Part shown: in pieces, positions 1 through 11,999 of the stretch
How the letters are laid out: each line of letters starts with the position of its first letter
Position numbering within the stretch: the first letter of the stretch is position 1
Assembly: GCA_008632985.1 (NCBI GenBank)
Contig: QPGO01000162.1
Span: 1 to 64,000 of the forward strand
From: Psammoneis japonica
Lineage: Eukaryota
Reading direction: 5' to 3'
DNA: 64,000 bases
The notes under the pieces: model-generated
What the model saw: only the letters and a program-made list of their open reading frames with translations
What the model was told of the DNA's origin: nothing
Databases searched by the model: none
Program-made: the position numbers and the translations under genes

Positions 1-3000
1 CAGGGTCAGCCACCTCAGGGCAGTGAAAAAGAGATGGCCAAGCCCTTTTAGAGAGCAGCCCTGGAGGAAAACCAGCTTGTTTCTGCTTTCTTGAATGGAT
101 GCAAATTGGAATGTCTTCAACCAGAAATTCCTGATGTGGCTTTCCATCACCACACAGTCATCAGGCCTTTGGTGGGTGAACATTTGGGCTTTGGAGAGTG
201 CAAAGGCAGCAAGTGGGCTGGAATGCCGGCTGCTGAAAAGGGGCAGATGATGCAGTGCGGTCATGGGATGTGCTTTTGAACATGGAATGAATTTGTTCTT
301 TCATCTTCTCAGACATGATCACAGCTTTGTTGCTCCTCCTGCAGCAGTGGCAGTTCCATTGGTGATCCATCAGGGACTTGCAGGGCTTTTGTCATGATTG
401 TTTGTGGGGAAAGAGACTCAGTTGCTGAACTTTGTGTGGAGCCAAACAAGGCCCAAGTGGATGCCTTAAAGATCAAAAGGGCCAGGGGAGCAAGCATTGG
501 AGAGTCAGTCTTGACTGAGCTGCAAGCAGAAATTCCAACATCGTGGTGGTGGAAGGCAACTGGCTTCATTCTCTTGCCTTTGGGCACAAGACTTTCAAGC
601 AAAACCACTCAATGCTGCTGTTTGGAGTGCTGCAAAGTGTTCATCAGGTGAACATCATTCATTGGGATGCATGCTTTGTGAACATTGTTTTTGCTCCCTG
701 ACAACATGGTTCTCTCAAACCATTGGGGGGCTTCCACAGAAGGCAGCTCTTGTCAACTGGCACAGGGATGTCCACAACCATTTTGTCACCACCAGGACCT
801 GGCCAAGACTCTTGAAGCTGTGCCAGAACCAAAGCATGATTTGCATCCCTTGGTTGCATCCACTGCTCACTTGCTGCTGCCTGGATTGTCTGACAGAGGC
901 CATCAACGCACCACATCAAGCAAGGCCTTCAGTGCAACAGAACAAGTTGTGATGGTGTTTGGCAAGGATTCTTGGAAGCCAGAGTCTGACCATCATTGGT
1001 GATTGTGGGCTGCACAAAGAAGAGAAAAAGGAAGACAACAAGTGCTTCATGGAGAGAAAACAGCAAGAGAACTCATGGGATTGGTGGCTCAGTTGAGCCA
1101 ATCCGAATGCTTCTCTTCCATGGGTGCGCAACCAAGGGCAAGTGTTGTTCCCATTGGTTGTCAAAATCATTGGATTTTGCATCTCACCCAGAAAGTTTCA
1201 TGTGATGAATTGAAACCATCACATTGCATTTTGTGGCAGTGTCCATGCAGAGACAGGTCCAGCAGGAATGCTGCCTTGCTTTGCATCATCCACACAGCAT
1301 CTGCCATCTTGGAAACAGCCAGCATTTGCACTTGCACCAGCTGCCTTGCACCACATAACTCATGTTGCAGTGTCAACTGTCAACAGGACAATCTCACAGC
1401 TCCCAAATGCAAGTTGTCACTTTCCCTGAGATGGTTCATGCCCCAGGCAGTGCCGCCAGCCAGCACTGTGAAGAGAGGAAGATTGGATGTTCAAGTGAGA
1501 CCACTCACATGTGCAAGTCACATGTTCACCGCATGCATCACAAATCATCCCAGACCAATGCTGTTGCTTTGCCATGTTGCTGACAATCAGCAGTTGCAGG
1601 TGTTTCTTGTCACCTTGCCGCATCGCAGCATTGCAGCAATCACCATGTGATGCACGCACCACCATTGCCTGCTGTGGCAATGATGTTGAAAAATTTCTCC
1701 CATGCGCGGCACAAGCTTTGCTCACCCCATTCACATGAGCCTTGCTCAGTTCAGACATCGGCTCATGCACATGTCACTGGCATTGTGTGACCCTGCTGTT
1801 CAAACATTGACTTGTTTCTGCATGCAGTGCATGCAGTGCATGCAACAATTTTGAATGCCATCCCATGCTCACTGTCCACAATTGCCAAATTTTGCCATCT
1901 GTCCAACTAAAAAAAGATGACCAAAACAATGCCTGCAACTCAGCATGAAAGACTTTGACAGTTTTGGGAGCAATGATTGTTGCTGTTCATGTTGCTGCTG
2001 CATTGGGGTTCCGTGGCAGCCACCGACATGCAGCCACACCTGCAAACCATGGGTGTGGCACAAACACGTTCCTTTGTCACTCTCATTTGAGCTCATGCCT
2101 TGCTTTCAGTAGAGTTTGCCTTGCATCTATGGCATCCTTGACAGCCTCAGCTCCTGGGCATGCAACTTTCTTTCACAACCAAACAGAACCTGCTCTTCCT
2201 GTGCTTTTGGGGCATGGCATTGCGGATCTCACTGCATCTGACAATGGCTGGCATTCCAGTTTGGGAGTGCTCACAACATGCAGACATTGTTCATCTGTGC
2301 TCTTGTCTCTGGGAGAATCTTTCCACAAGTCATCTTGCTTTTGCTCACTGAGATGGTCTTGTGACCTCATCCACTTTTGCCCACTGGCAACAGTTTTGCA
2401 AGCAGGTGCCGCACATCTGCAGCAACAGTGCAAAGACCACCACCAGCAGCAACAGAAGAAGCAGCAAGGGGCCATTTCTCAACCCAGCAGTCATGCAGGT
2501 GCTTGTTTGGACCTTTTTTGGATTTGCATCTGTTGAGGACTGCAAGACACCAGGAGCACCAGAAGAACCAGGGCTTGCATTGATGAAGACAGCAGACAAT
2601 GACCACAAGCCAGTTGAGCAAAGTGGATGCTGAGTGCTGAGCAGACTTCATGGGGAAGAAATGTTGAAGGTCCTCCGAGACTGCATGAGTGCAGTCAGGG
2701 CACCAATGATGCACCACCTGGTTGATCCAAAAAAAAGAGCATTGGAGGGCACTGGACCAACTTGCGAGGTTTCTGAAATGCCATTGCCAGCCATTGAAGT
2801 TGAGGTCACCTTTGGAGTTCAGGTCCATTGGAGCATGTGACCCTGATTGTGGGATGGACAAAAATGGTCAAAAGAGCATTTCAAGTCATTTGGACACTTT
2901 GGGTGGCACCTCCTCATCAACCAACTGGCAATTGAGGAAGCAGAGCACAATTGCCTCCCGAGCAGCTGTGAGAGCAAGACACAGTTGGGACAGCATGTGT

Positions 3001-3525
3001 GCAGGACACTCAGTTCCAGAACAACTTGTTGGGCAGAGATTTCACATGTGCAAAGATGATGCTGTGTCACTGTTTCTGGCTGTCAACAATTGAGTTGGTC
3101 AGCAGATAAAACACATTCACACATTTGTGACAGGTGTTTGTTCAAGTTGGTGCAGTGCAGGGAAGTTGAACCATGACACATCATTGTGGAGAATGACCTG
3201 GTGGATGCAAACGGCAAGAACACCTGGGTTGAAACATGTGAGTGACTGTCACAAAATCTGCAAGGTTGGTTTGCAATGGTGGAGCCAATCAAGGAGGGTG
3301 CAATGTTGCAAGCTTCAAGCAGAACTCAGGCGATTGGGTCCCAATCGCAAACCAAAGTGACTCATCCAAGGCATCCTTAGAAACAAGATCAATTGCTCCG
3401 TTGGATGAGGAACGGAAATTGAGTGGTCATTGTGGAGTCTTTGCAATTTGGCAAGATCAATTTGACACAATTGGTTGCCAGAGGAGGTGGACAAAGTGGA
3501 TCACAATCTCACCTGACTTGGAAGA
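1..3525. other. Hypermutated block A (TpA- and CpG-depleted, TpG/CpA-rich) containing unidentified gene relics
   Basis: TA and CG are rare up to about 3525, then common again (e.g. GATACGGTTACTCGTACGAGTAGTAATAG near 3596-3625). ORFs here are Tyr-free and rich in Cys/His/Gln/Trp. Confidence 0.85.
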
Positions 3526-3688
3526 TAGCAGTTCTCTGGTGACCGCGGTTCCAGACGACAACGAAGATTCGGCCAGATTGGCAAACGCCATCGATGATAC
3601 GGTTACTCGTACGAGTAGTAATAGTCGTTGGGAAATCGTTTATGGGACGCATAAGGTCGACCCGCCTGTTCGAAATTTGCATGCATAA
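2470..3688 (+). pseudogene. Degraded gene, possibly F-box-like at its N-terminus, with an unmutated 3' end
   Basis: Consecutive + strand fragments: FLNPAVMQVLVWTF/LDLHLLRTAR (F-box-like spacing), then ORFs 2634-2840 and 2847-3059, and ORF 3242-3688, which runs out of the depleted block into normal sequence. Confidence 0.35.
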
Positions 3689-3728
3689 AGATTCTCAGCG
3701 CAATCCTAATTCTAGTCTTAAAGCAGTA

Positions 3729-4747
3729 CTAAGTTTGAGGCACTTCACTCATGAAATAGTTGCTCGTCGGATCAATGGTTCGCAAATCAACCCTCACACT
3801 CTTGCCTTGGGTGGATGACAAGTGTGCCCGAAGCAAATACTTCGCATTCTTGTTGCTGCTCTTTTTGCCCTTACCGGCTTTACCCTTTTTGCTTTTACCA
3901 AAACTCTCGGGTTTGACATCAAAGATTTCTTCCACAATGGCCCGCACATTTTCCAACAAGGCATCCTTTTCAAAAGACCCCTTGCCCACTCGTACATGAA
4001 TGATTCCAGCCTTTTCCGTTCGGTACTGCACCTGTTGTCCAGCCTGTTCTTGTCGCAACGTATCCAAGAGCTCGTCGGGAGTCGAAACGAGCGTTCCCAC
4101 CTTGGCATTGGGCATGAGTCCACGCGGTCCCAAGGTTCGTGCCAGGGGACCCAACAAGGACTGCACGTCTAGTGTCGCAAGGGCCCGTTCAAAGTCCAAA
4201 GGCACCGTCCCGTTTTGGATGCGATCGACCAATTCTTCACCACCCGCATGCACGGCACCCGCTCCAAGGCTTGTTGTGCCACGTCGGATGACGAAGTAAA
4301 GACGGCACACTTGACCTTTTTGCCACTCCCATGAGGCAAGGTCAACGTCCCTCGCAGGGCTTGACCCGGTTTGCGTGGATCGAGATTCAAATTCAGTGCC
4401 AGTTCAATCGTTTCATCTTGATTCCGATACGGACCGTCGTCCTGAGAGTAGTTTTTGTAAAGAATAATTATGAGCACACGAGAACACCGTTTCTCTCTCT
4501 ACTGCAAAATCTGTTTTGATATTTCGTTTTGTTACACTTACCACCATTCCACGTTGTGCACGACGTTCTGTATATCGTTCCCATTTATCTTCTCGTTTGC
4601 CAATACGCATTTTGACATCCTCCATGACGGACAGCATGGCCTCTTCTATAGCATATTCTGGGATTGGTTTCGGATGAGCACGCGATGTATAATTGGCAAC
4701 AAGAGTCTTCCAACAACCACCACTCGACGACTCGTTAGCGAAAACAT
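3729..4747 (-). CDS. Organellar (probably mitochondrial) ribosomal protein uL1; intron 4442-4541; apparent 1-nt frameshifts near 4262 and in the 5' end
   Basis: L1 motifs ETIELALNLNLDPRK, LRGTLTLPHGSGK, AGGEELV, LGPRGLMPNAKVGT, GIIHVRVGKGSF and LSSTQG. The intron is phase 0 with GTAAGT...CAG ends, joining RGMV|DDGPY. Start is uncertain (ATG at 4747 or 4637). Confidence 0.9.
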
Positions 4748-4949
4748 GATTGTTTCAGAAAAATGAGGCTCTCTGAAATAACAAAATCTGTTCCTCAAAG
4801 CTAAGTCAAAACAATCTACACAAGCTCCGAGTTTTTGTCGCTGTAGAATTATTTCCTTGCAATGATGACGGCTCGATTGATGAGTCTAATGGAGAATATG
4901 ACGAAGCAACGATCTCGATCTTAACCTCGCTACAGTACGTCGTCATGGT

Positions 4950-5337
4950 CAGGCTTGTGAAACATTGTATTTTATATTAAATGTACAATTCTTTAGAACC
5001 ATGCAATGCATATAAAAATGATCTTGTATAAGAAAAATAACTATAAACATTTTAATGACAATAAAAATGCATGTAAAATGCAATGTTAAAATGTGGATTT
5101 CCTAAATGCGTGTCCCGCGCGCTCCGACGCGCGGCGAACTTCTTCAAAAATCACCTTCAATATTCAGTAACACAGGTGGAAACGGCGATTGTTTTTAAAA
5201 ATCCATTTATTGTACATTAATATATATATTACCACCAACAGAAAATAACTGAAAACATTTTCTCAAGGCTTAAAATGTATATTAAATGTTTACATTTAAA
5301 TCCATTACATTAATTAATACAATATTTTACAAGCCTG
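4950..5337. mobile_element. hAT-type MITE, 388 bp, with about 22-bp TIRs and an 8-bp TSD
   Basis: Left end is CAGGCTTGTGAAACATTGTATT and the right end reverse-complements to CAGGCTTGTAAAATATTGTATT. Identical GTCATGGT flanks lie at 4942-4949 and 5338-5345. The interior is AT-rich and non-coding. An 8-bp TSD with CAG termini fits the hAT superfamily. Confidence 0.9.
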
Positions 5338-5486
5338 GTCATGGTGTCGCAACTTCGCAACGAAAACGAAAACTCGTGAGCCATTGGGTTCTGAGCTCAA
5401 AAATGAGAATAGGTCATAGAAGAACTTATTAAAGTACATAAATACTCATATTAAATTATGAAATACNTGTACGATTACCGCAAATC

Positions 5487-8424
5487 GTGCCCTTCCCCAC
5501 GCAATGCAACGGCGCTATTCGTCAACAGCAACGCATTCTCTCCTTGAACCATGCGGCGGACAACGAATACAGTGACGAACCACCCACAAACGACGGCAAT
5601 GCCACGCCAGCAACCACCTCTAACGACGACGATGGTAGCAGTGAGGATGACGGTGTTACGGACGAGAATCACAACGACAATAATGCGACCTTTGACAGTA
5701 TCGCTCTCAACGACAAGTTGATTGCAGACGAGAACCGTGTGAAACAACGCAATCTCCGAATACTGACCTTTGTGGCTGTGTTTGGAATTGTATTGGCCTT
5801 GATTCTAGTCATTGCGATACCCAAGGGCAACACAGTCAAGAACCCTCGAAGGAAATTTTTGTAGACGAAGAAGAGGACGACGATGATGCGTATAACGATG
5901 ACGAATTTGCGACTCAACCGCCCCAAGTCTTTACAAGACCGCGCATTCCCGTTTGGAAACAAACGGAATTGTTGGGGGTCGATATGTAACGATTCGGGAT
6001 GTTACGAGCGAGTAAGTAATTTTCTCTCTAGTAGAGACAAAAGTAGCGTCAGAAGCGTCTGGATCTACTCCAGAGTTGGGCTATGCTCTGACGTTATGAC
6101 CCTCATAACTCATTCGTGCTTTTTTTTTTCTTTTTGCAGATTGAGTCTCTCGTTAGATATGGAAGATATGCGAAACTTGGGAGCCAATGAAACAGAGGCA
6201 AAGCAAAATATTTACTTGAACGTAAGTCGCACACGTGAGCTCAATTCGTTATTGTTTACGAAAGAATAACAGATGTTCCGACCCTCTTCTTCTTCTTCCG
6301 TTAGGGCAATCGATCGTTTGGTTTTGACGATGAGGGTATGCAGATCAAGCGCTCGTTGGCTGGGTTGAGTTTTCAAGCTGGCGGTCGCATGAAGTACGAT
6401 CCTCTCTACAACTTTTTCCGACAAGCCTTTCTCGAAGTGGGTTCGCAGGAAACGGACGAGAGTTTGGGTTTCTTTGACGATCATCCCGTGGAACAGTATG
6501 CCAATACACTTGTCATGGATTTGTTTGAACTCGACCGAGAGGGCAGTGTCGAGGCGACTGCGGCGCTTGTTTTGAATGTGTGGATGGCGGTGGCGCATGA
6601 GTTAAATGCCATTTTGGCGTCGTGTCGGTCCGAGGGAAATGAGGAAGAGGAAAAGAAATACCGAGAAGCGGCATTGGACCGGGCGGCTGCTCTTTATATT
6701 GGAAAGGATCAAGTGGAGGGAGATGGTTTAAATGGGTTTATGCTTTATCAGCACGCGGAGGCTGCCGGTGTCCACTTTGGGCAAGACGATGAAGCGCTCC
6801 TTTCGGAAACCAAGGCCAATCAAGTGATTGTGGAGAATCTGAATCTGATCAAGGCGCACAATGCTGCAAACAAGTGCGATACCGGTGAGGAACAGGATTA
6901 CTTTGACCTACGTCAGATGGTGGATACGATTTATGGCTACATGACTGTGCCTTTGTTGCAGCAGTTGATTCTGGCGATTACACGGAGAGAAGGTGACTTG
7001 ACTGAGCTGTATGCACTCTCGTTTGCACCACGAGTCAGATTCTGTGACCCTGATTCCTACGATCAAATGATGGACATGATGATTGAGGTCGATCTTGAGG
7101 AGTCTCTGTTTCAGGATGCCTTTGACTTGATTGAGGGCGTTATGGACAAGTGTCTTCATGTCACTTGCGAAATGCTCGGGACCGTGAAGAACCTTCCCGA
7201 AGATTGGTATCCAGTCCGTGTTAATGGTACTGATAATGTTACCGTGACGGAAAAGATTACTACTCCTTGCGAGCTTTATGATGTTGATGAGTTCTATTCT
7301 GAAAAAGTTGCTGGTTATTGGTTATCGGATAATGTCGATAAGGTACGTTGCAAGTCAAAGGGAGAGCTGAGTTGCTTCGCTGTATGAAACGTTTTGAGTA
7401 GACCTCACTGATGTCGCGCTGTTGTTCACCTCGAAAATAACAGCTCTCGCATATCGACAACGACATTTTCCAGATTCGCACGTTGTTGGATTCTTATGCG
7501 TACGATTCGGCAATGGATTATTATCTTTATGGCCAGAACAGTCGTCCCAAGGGAGACCTTCTTTCTCTACGAGAACTAGCCACCAGTGACGTGCGTGAGA
7601 ACGTGCCGACCTTTGAGCTCTTTTCGAAATCGTATGCTCATGACACCATAATGTCTGCCTTTCGCCGAGAGGGGAGGTTTGAGGATGCTTCCAAAGACCA
7701 GATAACAGAGGTTATCGTGTCGATGCTGCAAACCTTGGTCATGCCCTTTGCCGTGTTGGAATCGCTGTACGTCGCGATAAACACTTGCGAATCAAAAACT
7801 GATGATACGGATTTGTATGGCTTTAGCAAGAAAGACTTTACCGATCACTTCGTTCATATTTGGGATGTGGGCGCCGCGTTTTACATTGGATCCCTCGAAG
7901 GTGAAGAAGATGAGGGAAATGAAAATGGCACACTTATGTTTTCAATCGCCAAAATGCTCTGTTCTAAGTTTGGAACCTGCGCAAACGACAATTTTGCACG
8001 TGTCAACCTTGACTTGATCACTGCGCTTGGCGAAGGAAAAGAAGCTCTCGCTTTGAATAAATGTGATGTCGCCTCCAAAGTTTTGGAGGAGGAAATCGTT
8101 CCTCGTCTCTTGATTCCCTTGATACAAGGCACCCTTTTTTACGCTGAAGCCAATTCAAAACTTGGGCCTGGAGATGTAAACGGGACTCTTGCATCCGGAT
8201 TTGCGTTTTCTCGGGCCATTTTGCCCCTGATCTATAACATTGATCGCGATGCGGCGGAAATCATTGCGAAGAACACGGAATTCCAATTGAAACGTCAGCC
8301 TGTAGAAGATGGGATTGAGACGGTTTACCAGGCAATGCAGCGCATCATACTTACGGGAGAACTGGACATTGTCATGCCGATGATCTTGTCACGACAACGC
8401 GCGACAATACAACTCACAGCGTAA
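5487..8424 (+). CDS. Membrane-anchored protein with two tandem FEA1-like (low-iron-inducible periplasmic protein) domains; introns 6012-6139, 6222-6304 and 7343-7443
   Basis: An acidic N-terminus and TM helix (ILTFVAVFGIVLALILVIAI) precede two repeats of the FEA1-like pattern: IYLNGNRS/YYLYGQNS, LDRAAALYIG/WDVGAAFYIGSLEG, MTVPLLQ/LLIPLIQG, plus LCSKFGTC. The three introns splice in frame with canonical GT-AG. Start and end are approximate, with frameshifts near 5860-5985. Confidence 0.75.
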
Positions 8425-9019
8425 AGAAAATGTCCCTTGGGTGGCTTTGACGGGAAACGTAGCAGGCAGAAATTTAAATTTAGATGGGATACTTTGTTCA
8501 AAACTGAATGATTCTCCCGCTGGTAAAGCCTTTTCATATCAACCTGTTGTTGGATATTTTCAAAGTGAAAATGTAGACCGTCACTGTCTACCGGTAAGGC
8601 GTTATCCCGTCAGTATCCGACAAGGACAGCATTTTTGTCGATGTTTTTAAAGAACAGAGGGACGAACTACAATTCATTGTACCAAAACCAAAAACTGAGT
8701 ACCATAGTACGTAAACAAAAACCGGCGAACCGGATAGGCAGGAGACGAAGGTAAAAGGCGGGAAAAATCGCTTCCGAAATCGGCTCTGGCTGTCACGAGT
8801 TGAAGTTGAAGTTGCGGCTACATGAACAACTGACAGCGGCATTCATCAATCACGCATCACAACATTATTTGCATACACAATAACATCATGCGAAACATAA
8901 TGGCTATCCGCGACTCGTCAATCATGTTAGAGATCACGAATGATGCGCCTTAGCAGCATACATGTTTTCTCAATTGCAGTCATCACTGTGCCCGCAGATC
9001 AACCTCTCAAGCAGCCACA

Positions 9020-9739
9020 ATGACGTTCCCATCGCGACACTTGAACTTGCTCTATTTTGTTGGCGTCCCACATGGAGGGTTATTGTTGTTTTATTCGAGG
9101 ACAGGGTTTGCGTGTCCTCAGTTTGAAGACGCGTCCGTCAGCGAAAGCATCTTTTGCGAACACGGTGCGGAAATGGAGGGATTCGGTACGGCTGGAGGAG
9201 GTCAATGCGGTCGTTTTCCTCGACCCACATGTGACGGTCCTTGCACCATCAAGATCGAGCGGTCCCCGTTCAATTTCATGATTAGCAGCTTCCGGCTTCT
9301 TGATGGTAACGGGCAGTTTGTAGCAAGTTCAAACTGTTTGCCAGCGTTTGCGGATGAGCGCAGGTGCACTGCGGTTTGCCTGAACTCCGATGGATCTCCC
9401 CAAAGAGGCACTTTTGTGTGTTCGGACAACGATTTCGGTTTGTGTGAATGCGATGCACTGTGTGAGGAGATGAATGGCGGTGGTGCCGTTGGCGGTAACC
9501 CATCCACGCTGAGTCCAACTGTGGTGCCTGTAACGCCAGCTACGAAGCCACCTGTTGTGAGCCCGACTCCTGCGCCTGTGTCGCCGGCTACGAACCCTCC
9601 TGTTTTGAGCCCGACTCCTGTGCCTGTATTGCCGCCTACAAACCCACCAGTTGCCGAAAGCATAACCAAAAGGGGTGCGACGCTGAACGTAATCGAGTGT
9701 GTGGCTTCAGTGGCGGTGGGCATGGTGCTGGCATCCTAG
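9020..9739 (+). CDS. Secreted/surface protein: Cys-rich domain, Pro/Thr/Val-rich repeat stalk and hydrophobic C-terminus (possible GPI signal)
   Basis: 239-aa ORF with a hydrophobic N-terminal region, a Cys-rich core, three PATxPPV(V/L)SPTP-like repeats and a terminal VASVAVGMVLAS. A degraded paralogue lies at about 12000-13280. Confidence 0.65.
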   Translation: MTFPSRHLNLLYFVGVPHGGLLLFYSRTGFACPQFEDASVSESIFCEHGAEMEGFGTAGGGQCGRFPRPTCDGPCTIKIERSPFNFMISSFRLLDGNGQFVASSNCLPAFADERRCTAVCLNSDGSPQRGTFVCSDNDFGLCECDALCEEMNGGGAVGGNPSTLSPTVVPVTPATKPPVVSPTPAPVSPATNPPVLSPTPVPVLPPTNPPVAESITKRGATLNVIECVASVAVGMVLAS

Positions 9740-11807
9740 AAATGGCATTTGTGGAGACGATGGTATCCTGTGCGCCACTGGCGTTGTACGAAGCATTGTT
9801 AGATTGACATTGATTTGAATTGAGACTGCCATCAAGCACTCGTATCTGACAGAAGACTTCAGATGCAAGTTGTTGTGAACGTTCTATACATACGAAATCT
9901 CTGCATCATTGTATGAAATCTACCGTGAACAATGTTATAGACTGCAAAAGAATGAGCTGTGTGACATTTGCAGCCTAATAGAAACAAGTTGACTCCCTGC
10001 TTTATGTCGGTGGGAGAAATGTGTGGCCTCTCGATGTACCCTTAGTGCACTCTCTCTTTGTGTAGCTCTTTTGGAATCCACGGTTTGGATTCCGGGAGGG
10101 TGTGCAACAAACCACTACCGGTAGATTTGGTGGGACTCGTTGAGTCCTCAGTGGTTCGCACTCTGTTTTCTACGTTTGGCGCCTGTGCGCCGCTTTGGTT
10201 CGGAGCCCTGCCTTCTTCAGAGCCTTTGCTCCTCTTGCAATGATGAGATTGGGACAGCAAGTGAGCACCGGAAGAGCAGTTTAGTGGTGTCTTGGTCTTT
10301 CCGGCCGATTGAGTTTGGACAAGTGTCGCCCCAGTGTCAGACTTCTGGTGAGTGCATCAGCGGAGGTGATCTGCCAGATGCGATGTTTCTCATGTCATTG
10401 GACAAGCAATGAGGACAACTGCAAACCATGTGAGGGAGTCCATTGCATGGCAAGTTTGCCCAGAATGTTGCACTGGGATCAGTGAAGTGACATGGAGTCA
10501 GTGCGATTTTTGAACTTCTGGTGGCCAAGTTTCAAGTTGAGAACAATGGAGCGTGTGCACACACTGTGGCAGAGATGATGTTGCAGAGTTGCCAGCATGT
10601 TGCTTCAGTGGCTGCCTGTTCCTCTCTCTCTCTCTCTCTGAAGTGGCCTTTGTGCAAACCAACAATGTCACCTCACAAGATTCTCCAGTGTGCAAGGGCT
10701 CTGCTGAACTGGCAGCATGTGCTGTGTCCAATCTTGTTTGATCTTCTTGACAATCTCTTGAATCAAACTGTCACCAAATGATGCAAAGAGATCAATCAAT
10801 CAATGTGTTGTCAAAAAAGACCATGCTGCTCTTAGGCCATTCTGGGAGACAATGTTCTTGATGTTCTTGTCAACAACCCCAGTGACAAAGAGTTGATCAA
10901 CACAGTGAGTGGGTTGTGCCCAAGATGCAATTCCACCAAAGTGTTGCGTTGTGGCAGTGCCAAAGGAACAAGAAAGCCAGTTTTCACCACACAGGGGCAG
11001 ACAGGCTCAGCACTTTGCATCAGCATCAGCATCAGGCAAGCCTCCGCCCAAACTTCAGGAGGAAGAAAGAGACGTCCACCCGGCTGCAGCCAGAAAGCAG
11101 ACACACTGGAAACAGTGGCGCCAGAAAGACAGACTCAACTTTCAAAGGACAGCAGGGCACAGCTGAGTCCATGGCTGTGGCTTCTTTTTTCACATGACAG
11201 AGTTTCTGCTTCTGCAAGGAGAGTGGATCATTTCCAGCCTCCAAACACTTTTCTGGGTGCAGGAAAAGTTGCGAAGTTCTTTGGCACCTGTTTCACAAAT
11301 GGCCTCTGCACTCATCATTCATCAACTTAGCTTCCAAAATGATGGAAGCTTCAGAGCAGTGAACTTGGATGTGAGAAGGTTGCAGTCAAGCTGCAGAGAG
11401 CACGCGCACTGCCACACAACATGCAACAACTGCTCTCACTTCAACAGGTTGTGGCAAAGAAGTCAGCATCTGGAAACTTCAGAATTTTTTCAGCCCTGCC
11501 TTCTTTTCAATTCTTCCAACAATGCCTTCCTTTTCCCAACTTGCTGCTCCAGAGAACAATTTGACAAGGGCTGTCCTCCCATGCACTGCCACTGGGGAGG
11601 GAGCACTGTAAAAGCAGTGGATGAGAGCTTCCAAATCATCTCTGTCATTGCCTGCACTTTGAACATCACAGCAGAAAGCAATGATGGTGTGATCCTTGTC
11701 CTGCTTTCCCCCATCACCAGGGAAAGAGCAAATCAGTCATCATTGGATTTTTGCTTTGTTGGTGCCACCCAACATTAAAATTGCACCTTCCTTGTGCCCA
11801 ACTCTTA

Positions 11808-11970
11808 AAAAGATTCAATGGTCCCAAGCATTTGGCAACAAAGATCATTGCTTCATTGCAGAGTTGAGAAAAACTGCTCAACTTCCATCGCATCTTTGGC
11901 ACAAAGTGGTCTGGGAATCTGCCTCATTTTTTGTGACAAGCAATTTAGAAAAACACTGCATGGGACACCA
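11808..11970 (+). repeat. About 165-bp dispersed repeat, copy 1 (copy 2 at 28981-29150)
   Basis: AAAAGATTCA(A/G)TGGTCCCAAGCATTTGGCAACAAAG...TCTTTGGCACAAAGTGGTCTG...GACACCA is present at both sites. Confidence 0.9.
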
Positions 11971-11999
11971 TTCAGTGTGGCAAAAGGCACAGGAAAACT

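Noticed and set aside
4255..4270. Frameshifts in uL1, and similarly in the FEA1-like gene, PP2C and MYG1, as programmed frameshifting or pseudogenisation
   Set aside because: Single-base indels scattered across several otherwise conserved genes, plus an N at 5467, point to consensus errors. No shared slippery motif was seen. Needs read-level confirmation.
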